From a virus, in the IMG/VR virus record IMGVR_UViG_3300044878_000051, positions 1 to 64,000 of that record: 64,000 nt of DNA. One strand, 5' to 3'. This document shows, one piece after another, positions 36,642-46,680 of the stretch (positions are counted from its first letter, which is position 1; each line of letters starts with the position of its first letter). A program made the translations under genes and the position numbers. Under the pieces are notes generated by a model. It was given only the letters and a program-made list of their open reading frames with translations. It was not told where the DNA came from and searched no databases.

Positions 36642-38618
36642 TTACTGTTTGGTGAGATCCCCCATCATTAGAGGATCTAGCGGATGGTCAGGACGTTGCT
36701 TCAAGATGAAGGTCTTGATGTCCTGCAACGTGGCCCCTTGACGCTCGTACGCCATACTGGCCGACAAGCTACGGAAGTCCATGTTGTCCTCGTAGTAACC
36801 CACTTCCCCGTTCACCCGATCCAGCGGCAGTCGGTGATCCCGACCTTCGATGCTCTCAACCATGGTCGAAAGGATGATGTTCTCAAGGTGAGCAATGTTG
36901 ACGTTCAACTTGGAACTGATCAGATCGTAGAAAGCAAACAGCGCTTCCTCGGTGTTGGTGTAGGCGTTCGACGATTTAACCTTCGAACGTTTGCCACGTT
37001 GTTTCCCAGACTTCGTAGGGGCAGCCTTGATGAAACGCTCGATGTCGCCCATGTACTCCACCATGTTGGTGTGCTTCATTGGCAACTTGAACATTGTGTC
37101 AGAGTAGTCCCAACCCGACAGGTCGATGATGTAATCACCACGAGGGGTGAGTTCCCAACCTACACGTTTGATGTAGATCAGGGCATCTTCTGTCAGGAAG
37201 CTCAACCGGCTACCCATGGACACCGACAGGTTGACTTTATCCAAGTTCCCGTCATCAGCCACAATCTCCAGCGTGATGTCAATGATCTCGGAGAGTTTCT
37301 CCAGAGGCAGGTTACGAATCGTGCGAACCCGATTGATGTCAGGTAGGCGCGGTGCGTAGTCTGCCGAGATCACCATCTTCACGGAGGAACGCTCAGCCAA
37401 GTCAGCACTGAGTTTGATTTCTGCCCCGGTATTCCCCTGTCTGAGATACACAGCATCGTGCTCACAGATATAGAAGTCATCTACGACCGAACTACCGTCC
37501 AAGTGTTTGGTCGACAGAACGTTCTGGGACACCAGCTCACATAGAGTTGTGGCACTTACGTGACCCAATACAGTGTGCGGTGGAATCGAGAAGCTGATCT
37601 CACCCAAGCAAGTGGAGCAAACACCGTAGCGATCTGGGTGGCGGCACTTGAGCACTGAACGAACTTCAATCTCTTCGCCGATCAGTTCACGCGACGACTT
37701 CAGGATTGGCTTCAACCCGTGAGGCGTCTTGTAGTACTTGCCTTCCAGTGCTTGGAAGTTCCCTGCTGTGACTTTCCACAGGATGGTGTCCTGCGTACCA
37801 CAGTCTTCGTAGTGGACGTGCTGCAACGTTGCACAGCCCAACTGCATCTTCCGGTTGAAGTACTCGGAATCCGCTACTGGATCTTTAGCAGCCCACAGCG
37901 CCTTGGAGGCCGAGCGGGATTCTACCAGTGCATCGTACAGGCTGACCAAGCCCTGGGTGTAGTTACGCATCACCGGATCGTGGAAGATCCGTGAGTCGAT
38001 GTCCGTCAGGAAGCCCCGCAAGGAAACTACCTGCAACACCTGACCGAGGCTCACCAGTTTGGACTTTACCGCTTTACCGATAGGATTGCCCTGGAGTTCG
38101 TTGGGGTCCTTCAGTACTGCTGTCACACCGCGATAGGTATCGTCGATGCTGTTCTGCGTTGGCTTGGCCGCAGCATTCAGCGCAGCGATCTTCGGGTGAC
38201 GGATTACGTCAACGAAGTCCGTGATGCAGATGCTGGCCACTTCCTCTTCCAGCCCAGTCACGGTGTCGTTGTAGATGTCTTGCTCCACGTCGTAGATCCA
38301 ACCTGACCACTCAGTGTTGTCGAAAGCCGTGTGGGTACTGTTACAGTAGTCCAACGCCAAGCTACGACCAAACGCCAACAGGTTGTTGAACGTCTCCTTC
38401 GTCAAGCGCTCGTCACACATGTGCGATTTCTTCAGACACGGAATCTGAGGATACGCACGGTTGAAGATGGCGCAGTACCACGAGAAGATAGTAGCTTCGC
38501 GCTCTACTACCTGATCGCCATCATCGAACACCATGATGAACTTCGCCTCTGGGGATTCCAAGTCCCAGATTTGTTTCTTGGTGAGCTGGTAAATGTCACG
38601 GGCATTGTAACGATTCAT
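36642..38618 (-). CDS. Non-virion RNA polymerase beta' C-terminal subunit (phiKZ gp74-like)
   Basis: RGFLTD, ESRSASKA, EDCG, RSVLKC...GVCSTCLG, SQNVLSTKH. Confidence 0.92.
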   Translation of the reverse strand: MNRYNARDIYQLTKKQIWDLESPEAKFIMVFDDGDQVVEREATIFSWYCAIFNRAYPQIPCLKKSHMCDERLTKETFNNLLAFGRSLALDYCNSTHTAFDNTEWSGWIYDVEQDIYNDTVTGLEEEVASICITDFVDVIRHPKIAALNAAAKPTQNSIDDTYRGVTAVLKDPNELQGNPIGKAVKSKLVSLGQVLQVVSLRGFLTDIDSRIFHDPVMRNYTQGLVSLYDALVESRSASKALWAAKDPVADSEYFNRKMQLGCATLQHVHYEDCGTQDTILWKVTAGNFQALEGKYYKTPHGLKPILKSSRELIGEEIEVRSVLKCRHPDRYGVCSTCLGEISFSIPPHTVLGHVSATTLCELVSQNVLSTKHLDGSSVVDDFYICEHDAVYLRQGNTGAEIKLSADLAERSSVKMVISADYAPRLPDINRVRTIRNLPLEKLSEIIDITLEIVADDGNLDKVNLSVSMGSRLSFLTEDALIYIKRVGWELTPRGDYIIDLSGWDYSDTMFKLPMKHTNMVEYMGDIERFIKAAPTKSGKQRGKRSKVKSSNAYTNTEEALFAFYDLISSKLNVNIAHLENIILSTMVESIEGRDHRLPLDRVNGEVGYYEDNMDFRSLSASMAYERQGATLQDIKTFILKQRPDHPLDPLMMGDLTKQ

Positions 38619-38627
38619 AGTTCCTCC

Positions 38628-40829
38628 TCAGGACTGTTTCTTATAGACGAAGCGAATACCGGCACATTCAAGGATATGTCGCACGAACAAGTTGTTACGA
38701 CCGTTACCTACAGGGTGAACCTTACGGTCGATTACTTGCTGAATGTCGGTAGGCTTATCAGCCCGCAAGAGATTTGCCAAGATCTCTTTACCCACGGTTG
38801 GGTTGTTCGACTGGTCGATGATGTCTGCCCAGACTTCACCGCCACACGTAGCCGCACCCAAACGCACTTCTGCTTCACCAGTCATCCGTACAGGCTGAGC
38901 AGCCCCAGGATAACTGTTCTTGTCACCTTTGGTAATCTTGGCTGGAATCCCGTGGTGTTGTAGCTTCGGTGCAGAAACACCTGACCAATCGCCACCGGTT
39001 TTCTCCAACACAATGATGTCAGCACCACCAATCAGGATTGGCTCCTTCGTGGTGATCCGATTACCATTGATCCCGCCAAACGTAACCGGACCGTACACAG
39101 GAGGGTATTCCGCCCGCAGTTGGTCGATCATCGTTGGGTAATCCACTGGGGAGTTGTTAGGCATCCACAGGTAGATCCCGTCCCGCAGTACAGTCAGAAC
39201 ATGAGGTTCCCCTTTGTTGAGGTACTCAGGCTCCGACATCACCTGCACCATCCACGGCGACACGATGTGGTAGAAGCGCAGCAGACGTTCCCACGCCGAC
39301 TGGACTTTCACTGGATCGAGCCGTGGTCCCGAGTTCACCACTTGGGCCTTGAACAGCGAAGGCTTGGCATCTTTAGGGATGTCCGAACCATCGTTGGCAA
39401 AACCAAACTCACGGCGGAGCTGCTTGGTGAGGCGATCAGCACAGGCGTTGATGTAGGGTTCGTACAGACAGCCCAGGTTCATACGCTTGATCACGGAATA
39501 CGGTTCCATGATGATGTCCGCACGGTTGCCTTCAGCATCGACTGGCATCCGGTGGGCTGGCCACACTTGACAGATTACGCCTTTGTTGCCGTGGAACCCC
39601 GACAGCTTCGCACCATCAGTCGGTTGGGTTTCGAACTCGATGGTGATCTCAACACGCCAATCGTCCAGAGGCTGACGACGGTGAGTCTTGTTCACCTGAA
39701 CACTTTGAGCACCGTGTGGACGGTTCACGTAACCCAAGGCTTCAAAGATCAAGCGATGGAACTCGTGACTCAGGTTCAAGTTCGGACCGTATTCCTTCTT
39801 GAGCTGCTTGTGGACTTCCAGTACCCGGTTGTAGAACCGCAGGGCTGCCTGATGATACTTGCTCATCTGACGTTCCATGCCCACCGGAGTCGGAGGGTTA
39901 CGGTTGGTGTCGTCGTGGTGTACCACAATGTCCACTACGCGCGCCCGTGGCGTTACGTAGGTGAGACGGTCGTAGACGTAGTCCACTTCCTTCAGTGCAG
40001 CCACCGACATCTCCACAGGAGCCAGCAGGGGGTTGTACGGACGGGTCGCAAACAACAGACCATCAGCACGCACGTAGTCCCCAATGTCTGGGAACGGCTT
40101 GTACTCATCGGGTTTGTTCGGATCAGCATACAGGTTCAGGAACATGTGGTTCTTGCCTGCGGACTCCACATACTTCTTGAAGCCCTTGGCGGTGATTCTC
40201 GGTAGCACGTCATCGGCTACAATCACCCCGTCTTCAATCACGCCTGCAAGTGACATGTATGCCACCTTCAGTTCCAGCGATGGTGTGTAGTTACCGTGCT
40301 CGTCAATGTTCGGCGAGTCAGCTACTACAGAACCGGCTGGGATACGACTGCCAGCATACAGCTTGGTGGACAGCTCCTTGTTGAACTTGTACTTAAAGCC
40401 GAAGTACTGGTGGTTACAGTTGAAACGTGGGACCGACATCATCCCGACTTCTTTTGTTTCTGCATCTTCGTAGATGTAAATCGTTTCAGGGTTCTCTACA
40501 ATGGAGTCGCCACCCATCGTTTGTGGATAGCGTTCAATCTCTGCGATGATCGTTACATTGCTGTCGAACTTCTTCGCAAAGGTAAACTTACCAAACTCAC
40601 GTTCCGTACCAGTCTGCTGGCGACGTGGTGAGGCCCCTTTAATAACAAGCGCCTGCCCAAGCTGGGAGTTAACCATCTGCACACGAGAAGCAGAGTTACC
40701 ACGAATGTGAGTAATCATGCTGCCCATACCGCTGACCTCTGGGAACAGTTGGTATTCTGTTGCCATTGGGTCTTGGTTCATGTAGTGCGGAATTGGGTTA
40801 CCGCTTGCATCGACGGGTGTTTCGTTCAT
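38628..40829 (-). CDS. Non-virion RNA polymerase beta C-terminal subunit (phiKZ gp71-73-like)
   Basis: IEDG, GAKLSGFHGNKG, KRMNLG, RMTGEAE motifs. Confidence 0.93.
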   Translation of the reverse strand: MNETPVDASGNPIPHYMNQDPMATEYQLFPEVSGMGSMITHIRGNSASRVQMVNSQLGQALVIKGASPRRQQTGTEREFGKFTFAKKFDSNVTIIAEIERYPQTMGGDSIVENPETIYIYEDAETKEVGMMSVPRFNCNHQYFGFKYKFNKELSTKLYAGSRIPAGSVVADSPNIDEHGNYTPSLELKVAYMSLAGVIEDGVIVADDVLPRITAKGFKKYVESAGKNHMFLNLYADPNKPDEYKPFPDIGDYVRADGLLFATRPYNPLLAPVEMSVAALKEVDYVYDRLTYVTPRARVVDIVVHHDDTNRNPPTPVGMERQMSKYHQAALRFYNRVLEVHKQLKKEYGPNLNLSHEFHRLIFEALGYVNRPHGAQSVQVNKTHRRQPLDDWRVEITIEFETQPTDGAKLSGFHGNKGVICQVWPAHRMPVDAEGNRADIIMEPYSVIKRMNLGCLYEPYINACADRLTKQLRREFGFANDGSDIPKDAKPSLFKAQVVNSGPRLDPVKVQSAWERLLRFYHIVSPWMVQVMSEPEYLNKGEPHVLTVLRDGIYLWMPNNSPVDYPTMIDQLRAEYPPVYGPVTFGGINGNRITTKEPILIGGADIIVLEKTGGDWSGVSAPKLQHHGIPAKITKGDKNSYPGAAQPVRMTGEAEVRLGAATCGGEVWADIIDQSNNPTVGKEILANLLRADKPTDIQQVIDRKVHPVGNGRNNLFVRHILECAGIRFVYKKQS

Positions 40830-40889
40830 AAAGCGCTCCTAACAGGGTGGAGTTAATACAGGAGATCTTGGATGCACGTACCCTTGATC

Positions 40890-40915
40890 CCAATAATAAT
40901 ATAGGTTTCAAAAGC
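40890..40915 (-). promoter_or_regulatory. Early promoter for nvRNAP beta/beta'/helicase operon
   Basis: TTTGAAACC-TATATTAT. Confidence 0.7.
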
Positions 40916-40941
40916 TTTTTAATGAACGTGAGGTTCAGACC

Positions 40942-41286
40942 ATGGCAATGCCAATTGAATCGTTGTTGGTTAATTCGGGAGCAGCTATCTATTACGACGC
41001 TGGCTTCCGACGCGTTCTTGAAACCCACATGGGTCTTCTACGCAACCTAGCCTCAACACAGCTAATACAGATCGAAGCACAACTGGCGTACAAGTACGAG
41101 TTCGACTTCTACGGCCTGTTGCAGGAAAGGGGTGTGGCTGAACATCTCCACTGGGTTATCCTTCGTGTGAACGACATGGTTGACCCGCGAGAGTTCAGAG
41201 CGACGATGGATCGGTTGTATGTTCCTTCGGCGGAAGTTGTTGATGCCATCCGAAAGCTCCACATGACCAGCGCCACCAAGATTTAA
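40942..41286 (+). CDS. Small conserved protein, T4 gp53/LysM-like baseplate wedge candidate
   Basis: LHWVILRVNDMVDP...LYVPS pattern. Confidence 0.55.
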   Translation: MAMPIESLLVNSGAAIYYDAGFRRVLETHMGLLRNLASTQLIQIEAQLAYKYEFDFYGLLQERGVAEHLHWVILRVNDMVDPREFRATMDRLYVPSAEVVDAIRKLHMTSATKI

Positions 41287-41291
41287 ACCAC

Positions 41292-41335
41292 GACAAAAAA
41301 AGAAAGGGAGCGTGAGCCCCCTTTCTTTATGCCGC
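41292..41335. terminator. Bidirectional terminator
   Basis: AAAGAAAGGG/CCCTTTCTTT stem, TATGCCG tail. Confidence 0.85.
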
Positions 41336-42670
41336 TTAGATCCCGTTCGGGAACATTACCGCAGGCTGGTTAAAGCCTTGGGGTTGCTGATTGAAGAACC
41401 CCTGCGGTTGTGCCGGTTGAACGTAGCCACCACGAGTCACTTGTACTTGTGGTTGCGCGAACTGTTGCGGTTGGTTACGGAACAGCGATGGTTGTTGGAA
41501 CTGCTGTTGCTGCTGGAACATCGCTTGTTGCTGTTGCAGAGCTGGGTTGTGCGAGACAACCGAGTTCCACGACAGGCCGGCGCCGGTTTTGGCCACAGGG
41601 GCTGCTACTGGTGCAGGTTGCTGGGTGAAGCCAGTCGGAGCAGGAGCAGGTTGCTCGTTCCACGGTGGAATGAAACCAGTCGGTGCAGCGGCTGCCGCAG
41701 GTTTGGCTTCAGACTCACGGTCGATCACAGCTTGTGCGAACTTGCTGGTATCAACTTGTGGGTGCTGGTGCGGTTTGGCTGGAGCGCTGGATTCAGCACT
41801 GTCACCCAAGTCGCCTTCGTTACCAGTCAGCGACGGGATCAGATCCCGGTACTGAGCCAGATCGCCGATGTGCTTCTCGAAGCCCAGCTCGATGTGCAGG
41901 TCCTGCGGATTGTCCAGGTGTTTCTTGAACAGGTTGGTCACCTTGTTCAGTTTGCCGGCAATCTTCGCGTAGCTGGTCAGTAGGGCGTGCAGGTTCGGAG
42001 CAGCCAAGCTGTTGCTACCGAAGGAGTAGGTTTCACCCTCGGCATCAGGCAGCACGTAGTTGAACAAGGCGGTGATGGCCTTCTTGTTCTTCAGGCTGTT
42101 CAGGTTTACGCCACAAGCGTAAGTCCCTTCCGACTTCAGTTCCTGGATCAGCGGGAAGTCCACTACGCACACGCGCTGGAACTTCTTGCCCTTGAACTCG
42201 CCACCACGCTTGATGTACATGTTGAACAGACGGTGATCACCATCAATCGACACGACGTCCAGCAGCTTTTCCAGCTTGGTCAGAGTTTCTTCCTTGACGT
42301 TCGGGATCAGGTCAAGGAATTCGTTCTGGGTGGGCGACAACTTCTTGTGGTAGTCGTGGTCCACCGCGATGCCCATCAGTTCAGTAACCAAGCAAGTGGC
42401 TACCGAGGTCAGGCGGTTCAGGCAGGCGATCTTCAGCTTACGGAAGACTGGGGATTCCCCACGGATGATCGCTTCGGACAACGGGTGGAATGCCACGGTG
42501 TTTGCCCAGTCCGGGTTTGCCAGTACGTCATGTACCGGCAGCACCAGACGTTTACCACTAACTTGCACCGGCACTTTGTGGTTGCCGATCACGAAGCTGA
42601 TCAAGTGGTTTTCATCGACCTCGAAGTTGATGGACTTCAGAATCGACTGATACAACTCGATGATAGTCAT
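41336..42670 (-). CDS. Core chimallivirus protein (phiKZ gp70-like) with Q/P-rich tail
   Basis: AFHPLSE...GES motif; synteny. Confidence 0.65.
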   Translation of the reverse strand: MTIIELYQSILKSINFEVDENHLISFVIGNHKVPVQVSGKRLVLPVHDVLANPDWANTVAFHPLSEAIIRGESPVFRKLKIACLNRLTSVATCLVTELMGIAVDHDYHKKLSPTQNEFLDLIPNVKEETLTKLEKLLDVVSIDGDHRLFNMYIKRGGEFKGKKFQRVCVVDFPLIQELKSEGTYACGVNLNSLKNKKAITALFNYVLPDAEGETYSFGSNSLAAPNLHALLTSYAKIAGKLNKVTNLFKKHLDNPQDLHIELGFEKHIGDLAQYRDLIPSLTGNEGDLGDSAESSAPAKPHQHPQVDTSKFAQAVIDRESEAKPAAAAAPTGFIPPWNEQPAPAPTGFTQQPAPVAAPVAKTGAGLSWNSVVSHNPALQQQQAMFQQQQQFQQPSLFRNQPQQFAQPQVQVTRGGYVQPAQPQGFFNQQPQGFNQPAVMFPNGI

Positions 42671-44193
42671 AGTTGACCTTCCCAAGGGTTATGGATATTG
42701 CCGCCAGCAGGTGGGACGACGAGATTATTGGACTGTGCGTGCTGGTGGTGTTGAGCCATACCTTGCGCAGCAGAGTGTTTGATGTCCAGGTTGTTGGCCA
42801 CGGTGTCGAAGTCTTTCACCAAGCCGAATACTGCTTCTTGGTTATACGACATCACCGGAGCTGTCAGGGCATCAGCGAAACCAGTGAAGCAATGAGGAGT
42901 CATTGGTCCGCCGTTCAGCGACATGCTGACGTAGGTTTCACCGAACATATCCACTTGTACCGACATGCTGAACTTGGTCATGCGGTTGTTGGACAGACCC
43001 ACCAACACACTGCCGATCAGACGCTGACGGAATGTCTCGATATAACGAGTCATGTCCATCTGTGCAAACGACAGGTAGTTCGGTGCGATGTCTACCACGT
43101 ACTCGCCACCGATGGTGTCGTTGGTCGCAGTGAACATCAGGCCAGTCAACATCAGTTCCGACATCAGTGCAGGAACTTCACGGGCCACTGTGGTAGCCGC
43201 CATGCACTCAGGCGTAGCTGCTGCGAGGTTAGCCGTGGAACCAGCGTGGTGCAATTGCTGGGTGTACTTGGATTCGCCGCCCGTTACACCGGCAACGCTA
43301 TCCAGCCCAGGACTGACCTGACACAGCGAACCGTACGTGATGCTACCGTCTTCGTTGAAGTTCAACGTCCGACAGATCGCATGGAACAGTGGGTCTTCGT
43401 TGATCACCGACTCAGCCACGTTACCGATGGCGTAAGACATGGCGTCCGCAGGAGTAGCCACGCCACCCATTGCGTTAGTGACCGAATCCCGATAGTTGCT
43501 CAGGATCGACGACATGTAGACGTTGGTCAGTTCGTTGGAACGGCGAGACTTCTTCGGCAGCAAGTCAGCGAACAACAGACGACCATCGGCGTACGGCTCA
43601 TTGCCAGATTGCATCGACACTTCCAGCACGCTGAAGATGTCTTCCGGGCGAGTAGCGTAAGCCACTTGCGACTGGTCTTGGTTGAAGCTCGGGTTGTACT
43701 TACCGAACAGCAGGTGACTGGAATCAATCACCGAGGAACGGACAGCATTGCCGTGGCCAGCATCGTACGTGCTGTGTTGCAGCGTAACGGTGTTGTTGAA
43801 GTACAGCTTCATGTTCTTGTCGAACACCACTTGGTTGCCGGCGATCCGGGTGTAGCCGGGATAGTCGGTGTAACCCGTGACGTAGCTGGTCAGGTTGGCA
43901 CCCATCGCCTGACTTTGCACTTCCATCATGAAACGCAGGCGCTGTTCGCCCCAGCCGTTTGCAATCTGGATGCCAGTCATGATGTCCGCTTTAGGACGCA
44001 GCAGTTGACCAGAGAATGGAGCCAACACACCCGCGTTGATGTTACGACCACCTTTGGTCACTTCTTGCAGGATCGACATCGACTGGTAGTCAACGTTGTC
44101 ACCCAGGTAAAACGGGCGGAGGAACTGATCGCCGTACGTACCAGTAGGGCAGAACAGCAACTTGGTAATCTGGAAGCTAGAGCGAGGGTTCAT
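42667..44193 (-). CDS. picA: Phage-nucleus protein import factor PicA/Imp1 (phiKZ gp69-like)
   Basis: 508 aa, immediately downstream of gp68 homolog; call rests mainly on synteny and size. Confidence 0.7.
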   Translation of the reverse strand: MNPRSSFQITKLLFCPTGTYGDQFLRPFYLGDNVDYQSMSILQEVTKGGRNINAGVLAPFSGQLLRPKADIMTGIQIANGWGEQRLRFMMEVQSQAMGANLTSYVTGYTDYPGYTRIAGNQVVFDKNMKLYFNNTVTLQHSTYDAGHGNAVRSSVIDSSHLLFGKYNPSFNQDQSQVAYATRPEDIFSVLEVSMQSGNEPYADGRLLFADLLPKKSRRSNELTNVYMSSILSNYRDSVTNAMGGVATPADAMSYAIGNVAESVINEDPLFHAICRTLNFNEDGSITYGSLCQVSPGLDSVAGVTGGESKYTQQLHHAGSTANLAAATPECMAATTVAREVPALMSELMLTGLMFTATNDTIGGEYVVDIAPNYLSFAQMDMTRYIETFRQRLIGSVLVGLSNNRMTKFSMSVQVDMFGETYVSMSLNGGPMTPHCFTGFADALTAPVMSYNQEAVFGLVKDFDTVANNLDIKHSAAQGMAQHHQHAQSNNLVVPPAGGNIHNPWEGQL

Positions 44194-44223
44194 CTTTTCT
44201 TCGACCTTCTTTAGTCAGGGAGA

Positions 44224-45744
44224 TTAGGTTGGGACGCGTTCGAGGATCAGGCGAGCCAACTGGTTCTTGATTTCAGCCGGTACTACCATGTCGCCGTTCA
44301 CAACGTGCTTCGCTACATCTGGCAGCAACTGTGGAGGCAAGTTCAACGACCAATAGCACTTGGACATTTCACTGGTCAACAGGTTGATTGCACGGATGGC
44401 GACGTTGTTCTGACGATCCGACTGTGGCTTACCACCAACACGCTGGGCGTATGGGTAGCGTTCCATCAACTGTGCGATGTACTCTTTGGAGACGCGTGCA
44501 CGGAAATCACCCGTAGCCAGTGCGTACTCTTCATCATAGATCGCAGGTTGAGCAGTCATCAGCGCTGCCAACTCTTTGTAGCCCCAGTGCCACAGCAACG
44601 CTTGAGTCACCCCAATCGTACGCAACAGTGCTGGTTTGCTCAGGCTTGGGATAGCCCGTGCGGACAGCGAACGAGCCATTACCCACTGACACAGAGTCAT
44701 GTGGTGCTGGTCAATCCGCATGTTGGTCATCTGTGTAGCAATCCCCACGAACCCTTCGACTAACTCGACTGGTACGGTTGGATCGACCTTCACCGCCATA
44801 GCAGTGTAGTTCTCTGTATAAACAGACAGCATGATGATGTCGCCGTTGGACACCTCTTGCTTGATCTTGTAGTTCTCAGCCGAAGACATGTTGTCCTCTT
44901 CAGCTTTCTCCGCAGCATTGCGCTTCGGAATGATGCTACCCGCTTTCCAGAAGTTCCGGTCGAGCGAGTTCAAACTGGTGTCGATGGTGTGGAATACGTT
45001 GGAGATCACGCTGGAGTTGTTATCCTCCACGGTCACTTCACCGATACTCACCTTCCGTACGATTACCTTTGCCAACAACCAGTCTGGCAATTCGGTAGAC
45101 CCCAACGACTTGAAGACGGCCCCGTTAGAGACTTTCTCCAGTTGTGCGTAGGAATCAATGTACACCCGCAGACGATCCATGGGTGGACAATCGTACAACC
45201 ACGATTCGCTGATCAGCGACATCGCGTACCATTCCTTGTAGTTGTTGCCAACTTCGCGGAAGATCTGTTCCACGTATTCGCCGAAGATGGGAACCATCGG
45301 GCGCATCGCTACCGACATCACACCAAGCTGGTAGTAGTCGTCGCGCAAATACGTTTTGTTCTGCGGCTTGTCATCGTACTCGGTTTTGGTAGTCGTCGGG
45401 ATAACCACCTTACCGTGCATCCGCATCCAGCTAGTGAGATCGTCACTAGGAATGCAGCCGTACATTTCACGAACCAGCTTGATCAGACGTTTCTTCATCC
45501 GATCTTTATCCGCTACAGTCTTGATGACTTCGTGGATTGCGACGTAGTGCGCCCAGATCGCATCCTGCTGGTGCGAAGGGAGAGATGCAAAGAATGCGTT
45601 GCACTGTGTGAACAGGTTCGGCAAGTCTTTGAAATTGTTCCGACGGTAGATAATCGAAACGCCCCAGTCTAGAAACTCATCGCCGTGCACGGTACGGAGT
45701 GTGGTGAGTTCGCTAGCCTTTTCACTGATGTTATCAATACGCAT
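44224..45744 (-). CDS. Non-virion RNAP promoter-specificity (sigma-like) subunit (phiKZ gp68-like)
   Basis: Q..IW..YV.I, TYL..DY..L...S.A.RP.VPI.GE, L.AKV.VR match gp68 as recalled. Confidence 0.85.
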   Translation of the reverse strand: MRIDNISEKASELTTLRTVHGDEFLDWGVSIIYRRNNFKDLPNLFTQCNAFFASLPSHQQDAIWAHYVAIHEVIKTVADKDRMKKRLIKLVREMYGCIPSDDLTSWMRMHGKVVIPTTTKTEYDDKPQNKTYLRDDYYQLGVMSVAMRPMVPIFGEYVEQIFREVGNNYKEWYAMSLISESWLYDCPPMDRLRVYIDSYAQLEKVSNGAVFKSLGSTELPDWLLAKVIVRKVSIGEVTVEDNNSSVISNVFHTIDTSLNSLDRNFWKAGSIIPKRNAAEKAEEDNMSSAENYKIKQEVSNGDIIMLSVYTENYTAMAVKVDPTVPVELVEGFVGIATQMTNMRIDQHHMTLCQWVMARSLSARAIPSLSKPALLRTIGVTQALLWHWGYKELAALMTAQPAIYDEEYALATGDFRARVSKEYIAQLMERYPYAQRVGGKPQSDRQNNVAIRAINLLTSEMSKCYWSLNLPPQLLPDVAKHVVNGDMVVPAEIKNQLARLILERVPT

Positions 45745-45769
45745 ACTGGCTTCCTAGTGGAGTACTGCA

Positions 45770-45795
45770 ACTAGATGATATATACTTCAAATATC
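45770..45795 (-). promoter_or_regulatory. Early promoter
   Basis: TTTGAAGTA-TATATCAT, variant consensus. Confidence 0.6.
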
Positions 45796-45800
45796 TTTGT

Positions 45801-45891
45801 ATGGCATAGAGCCAACAGAGAGTCCGGCTATGGGGGATAGTGGACTTAGAGTCGGGCCAGGTCGTATTGACCCAGCCCTCCTCTCATCAGT
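45801..45891 (-). other. Branched 3'-UTR RNA structure ending in TATGCC
   Basis: Two hairpins enclosed by an outer G-U-rich stem. Confidence 0.55.
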
Positions 45892-45893
45892 AG

Positions 45894-46610
45894 TTACATC
45901 GGGAAGTCGTCGTCATCGAAACCGCCAGCGGACTGGTTGCTCGATTCGTTACGTTGTTTCCAGCCACCGCCACCGCCGCCTTGTTGGCCACCGCCACCAC
46001 CTTGACGCTGTTGTTGACCGCCACCACCGTTGAAGTCTTTCTTCACCGGTTCAACGTATTCCTTCACGGCCACGGCAGCCATCATGCTTTGCAGCATTGC
46101 GCGGTAGCCACGCAGGAAGTAGTTGGAGGCCGCACGCTTGTCCAGCGGGTTGCCGTCGGTGCCGATCATGGCGTGGTAGTTCGAAGGCAGCAGGTTGAAC
46201 TTCAGGTACGGACGATCTTTCGCCACGACCGCGATGAACAGGCAGCCTTCTTTGTCGCGACCGACGCAGGTGGTCGAGATCAGTTTCGGCTGTTCCGAAC
46301 GCTTGCCTTCGAAGAAGGTGTGGTTCAGGTTCTGGATCTTCAGCACCATGCCGTCTTCCAGGGTCAGCGCGTCTTGCATCGCTTCGAGCAACATGTAGAA
46401 CGTTGGCATGTCCATCGCAGCGCGGATGTTACCGTTCTGCTTGTCGTTCGGGACGTTGGTGTAAACGTCGATACGTGGGTTGTTGCTTACCAGCGAGATC
46501 GCGAACGAGCCAGGCTTTTGTGCGCCCTGAACTGGTGGGCAAGACAGACGCAGTTTGAATTCGTCCAATGCGTTCTTGGCGCGAGGTGGTGCTTGAAAGT
46601 TACCGGCCAT
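45894..46610 (-). CDS. Core protein (phiKZ gp67-like) with SSB-like G/Q linker and acidic tip
   Basis: Ends GGFDDDDFPM; biased codons; synteny. Confidence 0.7.
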   Translation of the reverse strand: MAGNFQAPPRAKNALDEFKLRLSCPPVQGAQKPGSFAISLVSNNPRIDVYTNVPNDKQNGNIRAAMDMPTFYMLLEAMQDALTLEDGMVLKIQNLNHTFFEGKRSEQPKLISTTCVGRDKEGCLFIAVVAKDRPYLKFNLLPSNYHAMIGTDGNPLDKRAASNYFLRGYRAMLQSMMAAVAVKEYVEPVKKDFNGGGGQQQRQGGGGGQQGGGGGGWKQRNESSNQSAGGFDDDDFPM

Positions 46611-46680
46611 TTTTGAATCTCCAGGCTTTTTTGTTTCGTACAAATTATGGGAGTTCCCCGTATTTCAATACAGGGAGTCG

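Noticed and set aside
45883-45890. CTGATGAG on the minus strand, hammerhead ribozyme core
   Set aside because: No GAAA after stem II and no stem I/III with a UH site; the bases pair in an outer stem instead.
45960-46030. CCACCG-type tandem repeats
   Set aside because: Simply encode the poly-Gly/Gln linker.
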